A stretch of 63,478 nt of DNA, counting the filler, from an uncultured Methanosarcinales archaeon (GTDB taxonomy: Archaea > Nanobdellota > Nanobdellia > Woesearchaeales > GW2011-AR9), in the NCBI GenBank assembly GCA_964434885.1. It is 3 parts of 3 records of this genome, joined end to end, with 100 filler letters (N's around TTAATTAATTAA, not from the genome) between each part and the next. Parts side by side here need not be neighbours in the genome. Positions count along the whole stretch, not along the records: positions 1 to 13,612 come from CAYSWQ010000004.1; positions 13,713 to 40,589 come from CAYSWQ010000008.1; 1 more part is not named here. One strand, written 5' to 3'. Each line of letters begins with the position of its first letter. The stretch's first letter is position 1. A program made the translations under genes and the position numbers. Positions 10,111 through 19,853 of the stretch are shown piece by piece. The notes below the pieces were generated by a model that saw nothing but the letters and a program-made list of their open reading frames with translations, was not told the DNA's origin and did not search any database.

Positions 10111-10452
10111 TCAATTAACTAAAAATTGAGGACTACAGCATAAGGCACGATAATTGCCTTGGATTTTGTCTTTGCAAGTTTTAAGCACTTCATTTTCCCA
10201 AGCGAGAACACAGGTTTTCTTTAAATTTCCACAAGCAATAGTTCCTCGCATTTTTCCAGTTCCAGAAGTGATCTCGCAAGAACTAATCATGCTTTTGATC
10301 CCTTGGTCAGAAGGCAAGGTAGAATAAGCTTGACCGACAGTAGAGATATAACTGGCCAACATGATTAAAATAGCTAAAGCTGAGACAACCATCACTACAA
10401 TGACCATGGTTTCATCCCAAGGATGTTTTTTGATATGGTGTTTGATATTCAT
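10111..10452 (-). CDS. Small membrane-anchored Cys-rich protein
   Basis: N-terminal TM helix and a C-terminal Cys-rich domain ending LCC. Starts 2 nt after the upstream gene's stop. Confidence 0.75.
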   Translation of the reverse strand: MNIKHHIKKHPWDETMVIVVMVVSALAILIMLASYISTVGQAYSTLPSDQGIKSMISSCEITSGTGKMRGTIACGNLKKTCVLAWENEVLKTCKDKIQGNYRALCCSPQFLVN

Positions 10453-10453
10453 T

Positions 10454-12649
10454 TTAACAACAAGTACATCTGGTAATGGTGTTTTTACTCCATTTAGTTG
10501 GGAAACCAGTTTCTTTTAATTGACAGATATTTGAGCAAGAAGTGGCAGAACCAGTTCTCACTTTACACTTATTTAACATTTTTAAGATATCTAAATAACT
10601 GAAAATTTGAATCTTAGGAACTACTTGTTTGATGGCTGCTTTTTTGGCTTCAGGTATTTTAGTGCAGATTTTATTAATGCACATTGATGTTCCAGCTTTG
10701 TCACAAGTTAAACCATCGCAATCTGAATCCTTACAATCATCTAAGTTATCTCCATCATCGTCTTTTTTATTAATACATGAAGTTTCTTTGCATTCTCTGG
10801 TTGTGTTAAGACAACTAGCCCCTTTGCCACAACCTAATAGCGGACTACAACATCTGGCTCCACCAGGACCATTTTGACCAGCTAAGATACAAGCCCCATC
10901 AAAACAATCTTTATTCCAAGTGAATAAATCTAAGCTACCAAAAAAATTCATTGGACCTAATAAAGCTGTTCCTGCCACGACTGGTGATTTAACAGCCATA
11001 GTGACATTTTGGCCTTTTTTAGTGAAAATATAATTAGTATTGGTGGTGATTTTAATTTTGTTTAAAGTTGCAAAAATTGTTAATTTGTCCAAATATTCTT
11101 TTTTAGTAAAGCCAATTAGTTTTACAATTTGTTCATTGATGATAACATCTGTCAGTTTACTCCCAACATTTACTCCCACTGCACTATTCCAATCATTATC
11201 TTTTTTGTCATTACAAATAATTTCAGAACATTTGCCCAATACACAAGCAGAACCAATACCTGCACATTGTTTGAGGTTACAATCAGGATCTTCGCAATCT
11301 GTTTTTCCATCCCAATCATCATCTTTTCTATTAGTGCAACTTTCTGGTTTGATTTCATGCCATTTTTTGCCATCGCAATGATAGGCGTTATTCACATTGT
11401 ATTTGCGATCACATTTCCACCAAAATTCTCGAACGGGAATTATTCCTTTGTAAGTTCGGTTGTAACAAAGGAAATTATTTACTATATCACCTTCTTTTTT
11501 TACTATTCCAGAAGGGCCTTTTTTGTAGACTTTACCATCTAAATCGCATTCATACCACTTATAATTCCCTGTTGAATTATCACATAAAGCATCAAAATTA
11601 TAAGGGAGAGTGTTTGGAATAGGAATTGTTTTTCCAACATATTCGGATTCGCACTTCTTTGCAAAGATCATTGTCCCGTCACAAATATACTCATTATTTT
11701 GATCAGATGGAGTGTTTCCTTTGAAAATAAACCCATCACAATTAGAATCTTCGCAATCTGTTTTTCCATCTCCATCATCATCTTGAGTATTGTTGCAGAT
11801 TTCATTTCCTGTTGGTTTAGATATCGATCCAGGTTGATTTCTATCTATTATTTCAATCTCATCCACTAAACCAGAAATACCATAAATTGATTTTAAACCA
11901 TCTTTGATAGTACAACAAGTATATTCTCCTCGATATTGGTGGTCGAATATCACTTTGATTGTTCCTTTAATTATGTTAATGGAATTAATTTTACCTGACG
12001 TTGGAGGCATGTAATAATAACCTCCTTTTTTTATGGATGCAGCAAATTTGATACCTCCAAAATACTCTTGGGTATAGAGTTCGATACTACAATCATCTAA
12101 ACATTCTAATTTTTTAATTCTAGTTACTCCTGACGTAGAAAGTAAGTTGTTGGTACGACTCACAAGAGTAGTAATGGTATCCCCTTGGGATTTTAGTTTA
12201 GCATGGTAGGTTTTCCCCAACTTAATAGATGCTACGTAACCAACTTTGTTTTTACCAACAACTAATTTTTCAGGTTTTCCCCAAAGAACTTCTTTAATGG
12301 ATGAAAAAACCATGTTCTCACACAAAATAGGTTGATTTTTGGTTTTATCCCATATTTGAAGAGAGTTACCAGAAAACTCTGGTTCAGTATACCCTTTTGA
12401 AGATACGATTGTTCCAACAAGATCCCCTTGGTAATCTTTTTTTTCATAAATCCGAGCCTCATAACCTTCGGCTACCATAAATCTCTCGAAAGGGAAATTA
12501 AAATTAGGGACGCTACAATCTAACTGCCCATAAGAAGTAATCCATGCATCCACATACTTAGTTTTTACTATTGGTGTTGTAGTAGCACATACCATTAAAC
12601 TACCTAATATCAACAAAACAAGTACAAACACTAACATCTTTTTCATCAT
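10454..12649 (-). CDS. Large secreted Cys-rich surface protein with CxNxxDDDxDGxxDCxDxDC repeats and beta/gamma-crystallin-like N-terminal motifs
   Basis: Signal peptide; three intact and one interrupted Asp/Cys repeat; GYEARIYEKKDYQG and SIELYTQEYFGG; ends CTCC. Confidence 0.75.
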   Translation of the reverse strand: MMKKMLVFVLVLLILGSLMVCATTTPIVKTKYVDAWITSYGQLDCSVPNFNFPFERFMVAEGYEARIYEKKDYQGDLVGTIVSSKGYTEPEFSGNSLQIWDKTKNQPILCENMVFSSIKEVLWGKPEKLVVGKNKVGYVASIKLGKTYHAKLKSQGDTITTLVSRTNNLLSTSGVTRIKKLECLDDCSIELYTQEYFGGIKFAASIKKGGYYYMPPTSGKINSINIIKGTIKVIFDHQYRGEYTCCTIKDGLKSIYGISGLVDEIEIIDRNQPGSISKPTGNEICNNTQDDDGDGKTDCEDSNCDGFIFKGNTPSDQNNEYICDGTMIFAKKCESEYVGKTIPIPNTLPYNFDALCDNSTGNYKWYECDLDGKVYKKGPSGIVKKEGDIVNNFLCYNRTYKGIIPVREFWWKCDRKYNVNNAYHCDGKKWHEIKPESCTNRKDDDWDGKTDCEDPDCNLKQCAGIGSACVLGKCSEIICNDKKDNDWNSAVGVNVGSKLTDVIINEQIVKLIGFTKKEYLDKLTIFATLNKIKITTNTNYIFTKKGQNVTMAVKSPVVAGTALLGPMNFFGSLDLFTWNKDCFDGACILAGQNGPGGARCCSPLLGCGKGASCLNTTRECKETSCINKKDDDGDNLDDCKDSDCDGLTCDKAGTSMCINKICTKIPEAKKAAIKQVVPKIQIFSYLDILKMLNKCKVRTGSATSCSNICQLKETGFPTKWSKNTITRCTCC

Positions 12650-12966
12650 TTTGGATAATCACAACATAGACAGTTGTTCTTGGTTACAGAGTTACTACAA
12701 TCATTTTCGATCGGGACACAGATTTTTTTTCCGCAAATATTGTCGCAAGTTCCTGAACCAGTTGTTGGAGTGCAGTAATCTTTGAGTAAAACTAAAGTTC
12801 CTGGATAGGTTGGGATTTGGGGATCTAGCTGCACTGCTGCTCCAGCGATGGCTTCTAATTTACCTGTTTGTACTACTTGCAAACCCAAACCAACAAGGAC
12901 TACTATTAAAACTGCACCTAGAACAAAACCTATTTCTATCTTCTCTTTTCTGGTAATCTTACTCAT
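12646..12966 (-). CDS. Small membrane-anchored Cys-rich protein
   Basis: TM helix, then AIAGAAV, then a Cys-rich domain ending CLCC. ATGA overlap with the downstream gene. Confidence 0.8.
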   Translation of the reverse strand: MSKITRKEKIEIGFVLGAVLIVVLVGLGLQVVQTGKLEAIAGAAVQLDPQIPTYPGTLVLLKDYCTPTTGSGTCDNICGKKICVPIENDCSNSVTKNNCLCCDYPK

Positions 12967-13017
12967 TCAATTGATAACTAAATCTTTTTTCTATATAAAT
13001 CTATTGGAAATTTTTGC

Positions 13018-13182
13018 CAGAAATTTTCCAGAAAATTTCTGTTATTTTAATCTTAATTTAGCCTAAAATAAGTAAAAAAATAAGTAAAAAATAAGTAAAT
13101 TTAGGATTATTTTATTATAAAAATAGTAAGTTTTATAAATAGTAATAAAATAAGTGTAAAATATCAATAAAAATAAGTAAAA
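13018..13182. promoter_or_regulatory. Divergent promoter region with an inverted repeat and AAATAAGT direct repeats (putative operators)
   Basis: CAGAAATTTTC-CA-GAAAATTTCTG at 13018-13041; AAATAAGTAAA three times in tandem at 13066-13099, further copies near 13148 and 13172. Confidence 0.5.
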
Positions 13183-13214
13183 TTTAAAAAGGGAAAAGAA
13201 ATCATTTTCAAAAG

Positions 13215-13397
13215 ATGCCAGTAGAGATAAAGCGGAAGTTATACACAAGAGGATCTAGTTTTGAAACCACTATTCCTATGCCAATTCTTTTCAAATTAAA
13301 TACAGAAAAAAAACATAACGTTATCTTTAAATATGATGCAGATAAAGACAGATGGTATCTAGATTTTGAAGAAACTAAAAAGAGGAAGACTAGATGA
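13215..13397 (+). CDS. AbrB/MazE/SpoVT-like small DNA-binding protein
   Basis: RKLYTRGSSFETTIP resembles the swapped-hairpin N-terminal signature; 60 aa. Confidence 0.6.
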   Translation: MPVEIKRKLYTRGSSFETTIPMPILFKLNTEKKHNVIFKYDADKDRWYLDFEETKKRKTR

Positions 13398-13612
13398 AAT
13401 TAGATAAAAGAGGTTCGGTAGTCGCACTAACGGTTTTAATAGCGACAGTCATTCTAATTTCAACTGGACTTTATCTAGCCCCAGAAATAAATAGTCCAAC
13501 TGGGGCAGCAATTGGAACGCAAACGATTAGTGGTGTTTGTAATATTTCAATTAAAGAAGATATCTTGAATATTGGTAAGAACATACAGATAACAATAGTC
13601 CCTACCACGACC
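13394..13612 (+). CDS. Secreted or membrane protein, truncated at contig end
   Basis: MKLDKRG-hydrophobic N-terminus, SPTGAAIG motif; runs into the N linker. Confidence 0.65.
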
Positions 13613-13712
13613 NNNNNNNNNNNNNNNNNNNNNNNNNNNNNNNNNNNNNNNNNNNNTTAATTAATTAANNNNNNNNNNNNNNNNNNNNNNNNNNNNNNNN
13701 NNNNNNNNNNNN
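13613..13712. other. Artificial contig-joining linker
   Basis: N44-TTAATTAATTAA-N44 (stops in all six frames), exactly 100 nt. Confidence 0.98.
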
Positions 13713-14455
13713 TGCAAAATAAAATCAGAATGTTGAGAATCTCTAGCACGATGATATTGCAAAAAATAATTCTTTCCATCGCTAGTTTGAAACTCCATAA
13801 TTGGACAATGATTTGAATTAAAACGGTCTAGATTTCTTATGTGCTCATATAATTCAATTAATTGCGAAAGATCTGGTTTGTATTTATTAGATAAAGTGGT
13901 ACGCCAGTCATGGATAATTTTCTGTTTTTCAACAACATAATATGTCTTGATTCCTTCTTTTTCGCCCAAGGTTAAAATGTGGTGCCTTTCTGGAATTGCT
14001 GAATCGGCAACTACTGTGTGATTCACTCCTGGTAAATATTCCCAGGCTGAAAAACTGACTTCTTTTTCAAATTTGGATTTATCAATTCTGCTTAAATCAC
14101 AAAATCTTTCAAATCGGGAGACTCCATTATAACCTCTCCTCAGAAATTTGAAATAGTTCTCTCTAATTTTTAATCTAGATTTTAAACCTCGAGCAGAAAA
14201 GGCAATAGATTGTCTCCTTCCATGGGCCTCCAATAAGACTTCAGACAATCTAAAACTATCTAACAAACCAGAAACGCCATCATATTCTTGGGGGTGTTCG
14301 CTTCTGAGTAAGATGGCTTTTTTGGATCTTCTTGCTTCTGCTAGCGAATCAAATCTTCTGGGGACTAGAATTCCATTTTGTTCAACATAATCAGCAATAG
14401 TTCTTTTAGGTTGTCCTTTCAGTGCTTCAGGATTTTTAATATAGTGGTCTGTCAT
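13713..14455 (-). CDS. PEP/pyruvate-binding (PPDK_N, ATP-grasp)-like protein, 3' truncated
   Basis: LLRSEHPQEYDGVSGLLDS and PIMEFQTSDGKNYFLQYHR resemble the VRSS..ED..SFAG and DIEW...LYILQARP motifs. Confidence 0.5.
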
Positions 14456-14485
14456 CTTTATATTTTAATCGTTTACATAATCATT

Positions 14486-16417
14486 TTACAATAAATATTT
14501 CAATTTGACATTGTTGGTTTGGGAAATGTTTTCTTCGTCGATAAACATACGGTGCCATAATTCAAAGTTGATTAAAGTGAATAGTTGCTTTCCATAGATT
14601 AATTTTGATTTATTGTAATTTTCCCAAATTCTTTTTAAATAATAATAATTAAAGTAGCCTCTTCTTTTAACTTCGCTATGGGAAAACAATCTTTCTGCCA
14701 AATCTTTTAATTCTTCTTTGTACCATTTGTCTAAGGGCATTAAGAAAGCATGTTTTTTAACTTGAGGATTTGGAAGAACATTTTTCATAGCTTTTCTTAA
14801 AATTAATTTGTTTTGGTTTCCTAATTTGAATTTAGTTGGTAAAGTGGTAGAATACTCAACTAAACGATGATCTAAGAAAGGAACTCGCCCTTCGATAGAA
14901 TTGGCCATGGTCATTCTATCGTTGATAAATAAAACATAATTAGGCAACCATCTTTTAGTGTCGTAGTAAAGTAATTGATTAAGTAATGGTTGACGTTGAG
15001 TTTGAAAAGGAAATGAATTTTCAGTAGGAGGATTTAGTTTCCAGTCAAAAGAAGGATTTTTTATTTTTTGAGTAAAGAGAAGAGATTTATCTTTTTTACT
15101 CATGATAGAGATTAAATCTTGATAGGCTTTTTCATTTTCGTTTAAATTGTTGAAGAAATCAACGATTTTCTCTTTTCCTTTTTCTCCAATTGAAGAAGGA
15201 TAATCAAAAAAATTATCTAATACTCTAACTGGAGATAATTTGGCGGCATTGGATTTAATAAAACCAGGGATTATTTTTGTTTTTTGGGCTTGTAAAAAAG
15301 TTTTATATTGTACATAACCGGCAAATAATTCATCTGCCCCTTCTCCAGATAAAACAACTTTGACTTTTTGAGAAGCTAATTCCGATAACTTAAATTGAGG
15401 GATAATTACTGGATCTCCATGGGGCATGTCTAAATGCCAAATTAATTTGGGTAGTAATTGAGCAACACTTTCTTGGATTACAATTTCTTGATGATCAGTT
15501 TGAAAATGATCTGCCACCAATTTGGCTTTATTTAATTCATCTACTTGATCATTATAATCAAAACCTACAGAAAAAGTTTTGACTGGTTCTTCTCCTTTAA
15601 TCTGGGCAGCTAAAGCAGTAATGGCGGCAGAATCTAAACCACCGGAAAGATAAACTCCGACTGGAACATCTGCCACCAATCTTTTGTTAATTGAATCAGC
15701 TAATAATTCTCCAACATTTTTTCTAGCGTTTTTTAAATTTTTATTTTTGATTTCTGGAATTGGAACATCCCAAAATTGTTTGATTGTGATTTTGTTATCT
15801 TTAATAGTTAGACAATTTCCAGGAAGTAATTTTTTGATTCCAGAAAATAAAGTTTCTTCTCCAGGAATATACCTTAAATTTAAATATTGTTTGGCGGCGA
15901 AAAGATTTACTTCACGAGGTACTTCATGAGCTAATAAGATTGCTTTTATTTCTGAAGCGAAAATAAAATGACTGCCTAGTCCATAGTAATAAAGTGGTTT
16001 AATTCCTAATCTATCTCGAGCTAAAAATAAACTTCTTTGATTTAGATCATAAATACAAAAAGCGAACATTCCATTTAATTTTTGAACTATTGTTTCACCC
16101 CATTCTTCATAGCCGTGTAAGATAACTTCTGTATCAGTATTGGAGGAAAAATGATGCCCTTTTGAAACCAATTCTTTTTTTAGATCAAGATAATTATAGA
16201 TTTCTCCGTTGTAAATTATTAGTTTAGTTCCATCTTCATTATACATGGGTTGGTTGCCGTCTTCGGACAGATCAATAATAGAAAGTCTTCTATGGCCGAG
16301 AGAAACTTTTTCATCAGTGTAGATTCCTCCTTTATCAGGACCACGATGGTTTAACACCTGGGCCATTCTTTTGATTAATTCTTTGTCTTCCCAGTTAAAA
16401 CCACAAATTCCACACAT
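14486..16417 (-). CDS. asnB: Asparagine synthase (glutamine-hydrolysing) family amidotransferase
   Basis: MCGICG Ntn start, HRGPD, LGHRRLSIID, YNGEIYN, LSGGLDS, SGEGADELFAGY, EGRVPFLD. Confidence 0.95.
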   Translation of the reverse strand: MCGICGFNWEDKELIKRMAQVLNHRGPDKGGIYTDEKVSLGHRRLSIIDLSEDGNQPMYNEDGTKLIIYNGEIYNYLDLKKELVSKGHHFSSNTDTEVILHGYEEWGETIVQKLNGMFAFCIYDLNQRSLFLARDRLGIKPLYYYGLGSHFIFASEIKAILLAHEVPREVNLFAAKQYLNLRYIPGEETLFSGIKKLLPGNCLTIKDNKITIKQFWDVPIPEIKNKNLKNARKNVGELLADSINKRLVADVPVGVYLSGGLDSAAITALAAQIKGEEPVKTFSVGFDYNDQVDELNKAKLVADHFQTDHQEIVIQESVAQLLPKLIWHLDMPHGDPVIIPQFKLSELASQKVKVVLSGEGADELFAGYVQYKTFLQAQKTKIIPGFIKSNAAKLSPVRVLDNFFDYPSSIGEKGKEKIVDFFNNLNENEKAYQDLISIMSKKDKSLLFTQKIKNPSFDWKLNPPTENSFPFQTQRQPLLNQLLYYDTKRWLPNYVLFINDRMTMANSIEGRVPFLDHRLVEYSTTLPTKFKLGNQNKLILRKAMKNVLPNPQVKKHAFLMPLDKWYKEELKDLAERLFSHSEVKRRGYFNYYYLKRIWENYNKSKLIYGKQLFTLINFELWHRMFIDEENISQTNNVKLKYLL

Positions 16418-16418
16418 C

Positions 16419-17393
16419 TTATTTCTCAATCTCCTGTTTTTTTAGTTTGATTAAGATTTCTTCTTGTAATTGTCTATTTCGGTCTAACATGTCAGCAATT
16501 AAACCTAGAATTATAAATAAAAACCCGACAATAATTAGAAAAACATTAGCATAAACAACTATCATAAAAGGATTAACTTTAGTAACAAATAAATATCTTA
16601 TAAACAATAGTAGACTACTAATAATTCCACTTGTTAAAAGTATTGCCCCAGGTATACCAAAAAACTTTAAAGGTTCGTAATCTCGAGTACTTCTAATAAT
16701 AATCAAAGAAACTTTTAGTCCATAGGATAAGATGTTTTTTACTACTCTGGATTTTCCTTTTCTTTCACCAATAACTTGACAAGGAACTTCTACAATACGA
16801 AATCCTTTTTTTACTAAATCGATAAAAACTTCTTGAGTATAAGTGTATTTTCCAAATAATGTTAGATTAATGGCTGCTTTTTTTGAGTAAGCTCTAAAAC
16901 CACATTGAGTGTCATGGTAGTTACGATTTAAGAAAAGATTTAAAATTTTAGCAAAAAATTTGTTGCCAATAATTTTTAGTTTTGGCATTTTTGGTATTAA
17001 TCTTGGATCTTTAAATCTGGAACAAGTAACCATATCTGCCTGATTAGTCAAAATAGGAGTTAGTAATTTAGGAATATCTTGAGGGTTGAATTGACCATCA
17101 GAATCAATATTGACAATTATATCTGCACCCATTTTTAATGCTTCATTAATTCCATCTTTGAAAGTAGTACCTAAACCTAAATTAGTTTTATGGGAAAATA
17201 TTTTATCTGCTCCTGCGGCCTTAGATTCATTGACTGTGTTGTCTCGAGAACCATCATTAATTACTAAAACTTCTACTTGATCAGCACAATCACGAGGAAT
17301 TCTTTTAATTACTTGACCAATGGTTTTTCCTTCATTAAAAGCAGGAATCATCACTACTACTTTTACTTTTTTTGAATTATTTGTTTTTTCCAT
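16419..17393 (-). CDS. Glycosyltransferase family 2 (polyprenol-phosphate sugar synthase-like, 2 C-terminal TMs)
   Basis: IPAFNE, INDGSRD, IDSDGQ, DTQCGFRAY. Confidence 0.9.
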   Translation of the reverse strand: MEKTNNSKKVKVVVMIPAFNEGKTIGQVIKRIPRDCADQVEVLVINDGSRDNTVNESKAAGADKIFSHKTNLGLGTTFKDGINEALKMGADIIVNIDSDGQFNPQDIPKLLTPILTNQADMVTCSRFKDPRLIPKMPKLKIIGNKFFAKILNLFLNRNYHDTQCGFRAYSKKAAINLTLFGKYTYTQEVFIDLVKKGFRIVEVPCQVIGERKGKSRVVKNILSYGLKVSLIIIRSTRDYEPLKFFGIPGAILLTSGIISSLLLFIRYLFVTKVNPFMIVVYANVFLIIVGFLFIILGLIADMLDRNRQLQEEILIKLKKQEIEK

Positions 17394-17409
17394 TTTTCTA
17401 TCACGTTGT

Positions 17410-18393
17410 TTATATTATAAAAGTCAAAAGTATACAAATTAGTTGTAATCCAAATAAACCATATACTACTTTTGTCTCTGTTGTTTTGATATTTAATTTG
17501 TTTAATATTTTGACTGTTAAATTTTCTAACCCATATATTTTTTTATAACGGGGAACTAAAGTTCCATCTTCTTTAAGTTGGGCAAAACTTTCTTTTTTGA
17601 ATTTTCCTCTTAATTTTAAGAAGAATTCTAAAATGTAAGGAATGAATAAAATGATAAATATTTTTTCTAAATTTGCTAAGATAGCAATTATTGCGGCTAA
17701 AGCACCAACTGTGTAAGTTAAAGTATCTCCTGGAAATACCTTTGCTGGATAATGATTATATATTAAAAACCCCAATAATGCGGCCACCATACATAATGAA
17801 ACTACTGCTAACCAAGGAGATCCAGTGATATAGCTGAAATAAGATAAAGTTGTTAAAATTAAAATCCCTTGGCCAGTTTCTAATCCATTATATCCAGCTA
17901 ACATGTTGAACCCATTTGTTCCCACTAAGATGAACCCAGGGATTATAATTAAAGGATATAAAAGACCTAAATTAGTGGCTCCAATAAATGGTAAACTCAT
18001 AATTTTAGTTCCACCATTAACTGCCATGATTGGGGCAGCCACTAATAAAGTTAAAACTGGTTTTTGCCATTGTTTTAAACCAATTTTCCATCCTAAAATA
18101 TCATCTATGATTCCAATTGTTCCTGCAACTAAAATTGCTGTTAAAATGGCAAGTAAAAAAGTTATTTGAGTGTTAGTATTATAAATGAAAATTCTGATTG
18201 CGATGTAAGATAAAATACTAGCTAAGAAACCAAGAATGATAATAATTCCTCCCATTTCAGCTACTTCTTTTTTGTTAGTTTTATGGATATCCTTTCCAGT
18301 TAAACCTGCCCGTTTGGCTTTTTTAATCCAATAAGGTGTAAGTAGGGAAACAACTAGGAAACTTACTATAAAACAGATGGTTAAATAACTCAT
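17410..18393 (-). CDS. UDP-GlcNAc:polyprenyl-phosphate GlcNAc-1-P transferase (MraY/GPT family, AglH-like)
   Basis: Polytopic; EMGG, GIIDD, NMLAGYNGLE, YPAKVFPGDT. Confidence 0.9.
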   Translation of the reverse strand: MSYLTICFIVSFLVVSLLTPYWIKKAKRAGLTGKDIHKTNKKEVAEMGGIIIILGFLASILSYIAIRIFIYNTNTQITFLLAILTAILVAGTIGIIDDILGWKIGLKQWQKPVLTLLVAAPIMAVNGGTKIMSLPFIGATNLGLLYPLIIIPGFILVGTNGFNMLAGYNGLETGQGILILTTLSYFSYITGSPWLAVVSLCMVAALLGFLIYNHYPAKVFPGDTLTYTVGALAAIIAILANLEKIFIILFIPYILEFFLKLRGKFKKESFAQLKEDGTLVPRYKKIYGLENLTVKILNKLNIKTTETKVVYGLFGLQLICILLTFII

Positions 18394-18555
18394 AATTCAT
18401 TTTTGTGGTGTGATTTTATATACTTTTTGGATTGGGGTTCTGTGAAAAGTGTTATTAATAATTAAGTGGTGGTGATTTTTTGTTGAAATAAAAGGAGTTA
18501 AAAAAAGAATTAAAAAAACAAAAAGGTTAAAAATAATCATTAATTTCGAAGTAGA

Positions 18556-19011
18556 ATGGTTACATGTGAGATGTGTGGAAGAGAAGATAGGTTAGTTTTA
18601 GTGGAATTAGAAGGTTCTCAATTAAATGTTTGTTCTAATTGTGGTAAACATGGTAAACGTATTGGAGGACCAAAAGTAAAAAAATTTGTTAGAAGAGTTA
18701 GAAAAGTTGAAAAGCAAGAGATTGAAGAGGAAGTAATAGGGAATTTTTCTGAAAAGTTAAGAAATGCTCGCGAGAAGAGAAGTTTGAAGCAAGAGGATTT
18801 TGCCAATTTATTAAATGAAAAAGCAAGTTTATTACAAAAATGGGAAGCAGGTTCTTTAACACCTAAAATTAAAGTAGCTAAGAAATTAGAGAGGATGTTG
18901 GGGATTAATTTTGTAAAGAAAGTTGAAGAAAAGAAACAAGAAGTTAAATTAGAATCTGGTTCTGGTGAAATGACTTTAGGAGATTTTATTAAAGTTAGAA
19001 AAAGGAATTAA
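18556..19011 (+). CDS. mbf1: Archaeal multiprotein bridging factor 1 (Zn ribbon + HTH)
   Basis: CEMCG...CSNC ribbon, HTH region, C-terminal TLGD. Confidence 0.92.
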   Translation: MVTCEMCGREDRLVLVELEGSQLNVCSNCGKHGKRIGGPKVKKFVRRVRKVEKQEIEEEVIGNFSEKLRNAREKRSLKQEDFANLLNEKASLLQKWEAGSLTPKIKVAKKLERMLGINFVKKVEEKKQEVKLESGSGEMTLGDFIKVRKRN

Positions 19012-19736
19012 GAAATTTTTACAATTTTAGATTTTTTAATTTCTGGACAGATCACTGGTTTGTTATTTTTGAAGGAAGGACATATTTCTTCTAAAATTTT
19101 GTCTTTAGAAATAAATCCATCAAATTTTTTCCCATTAATTACAAGAGTTGGATATTTTGTAATGTTGTATGATTCTTTGAGAATATCTACCAAAGGTTCA
19201 TTTGTTAATTGAGAATCAAAAACAAAATTTAGTAATTGAGGACCCATCTTATCCTTTAAGTAAGTCAATACATATGCTTGATCTGCGCAATCAGAGCATT
19301 GTGAGTCATCACCATAAAAATAAAATATGTCGGCGTGTTCTAAGTTACAGACGTCTTTAGTTTTTTTAGTTAACAACCAAAAATTGATTTGGGCTAAAGT
19401 ATATTCTCTTTTTAATAAACCAAATTCTTTTTTGTTGAGATTAGAATTTTCTAGATAGTTTTCTAGTTTAACTCTGCTTTTCCCCAAATTTTTTATGCTT
19501 TCTTCAAATGTTTTTTTCAAGGCAGCACAATTTTTTTCTTCCCCAAATAAATCAATTAATTGGTATTGAGATTGTAATGAATTAAAATCTAATTTTTGTT
19601 GTTGATCTTGAAGTTCAATTAGTTGAATTCTTTTACTTTCAATCACTAAACCTAAGAGTAGACCTAAACTGAAAACTACTAATGTGATGATGAAAGCAAA
19701 GAAATATTTATTTTTACTAATTTTTCTTTTGACCAT
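19008..19736 (-). CDS. Membrane-anchored protein with C-terminal thioredoxin-like domain
   Basis: N-terminal TM; FYFYGDDSQCSDC and YNITKYPTLVING. Confidence 0.7.
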   Translation of the reverse strand: MVKRKISKNKYFFAFIITLVVFSLGLLLGLVIESKRIQLIELQDQQQKLDFNSLQSQYQLIDLFGEEKNCAALKKTFEESIKNLGKSRVKLENYLENSNLNKKEFGLLKREYTLAQINFWLLTKKTKDVCNLEHADIFYFYGDDSQCSDCADQAYVLTYLKDKMGPQLLNFVFDSQLTNEPLVDILKESYNITKYPTLVINGKKFDGFISKDKILEEICPSFKNNKPVICPEIKKSKIVKIS

Positions 19737-19853
19737 GAAATATCGAAAGATAAATGGTATTTAAAGATATGTGGTGGCGGAAATAATGATTTAAGTCAAT
19801 ATTTGTTACCTATTTAGGACCACTTAAAATTGTTACTGATAAATTATTATTTT

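Noticed and set aside
13063..13248. 61-aa F/Y/L-rich minus-strand ORF
   Set aside because: Translation of the AT-rich repeat promoter region; overlaps the AbrB-like gene.
13613..13712. TTAATTAATTAA palindrome within N runs (also 40590-40689)
   Set aside because: Identical 100-nt synthetic spacer used to join contigs; not biological.
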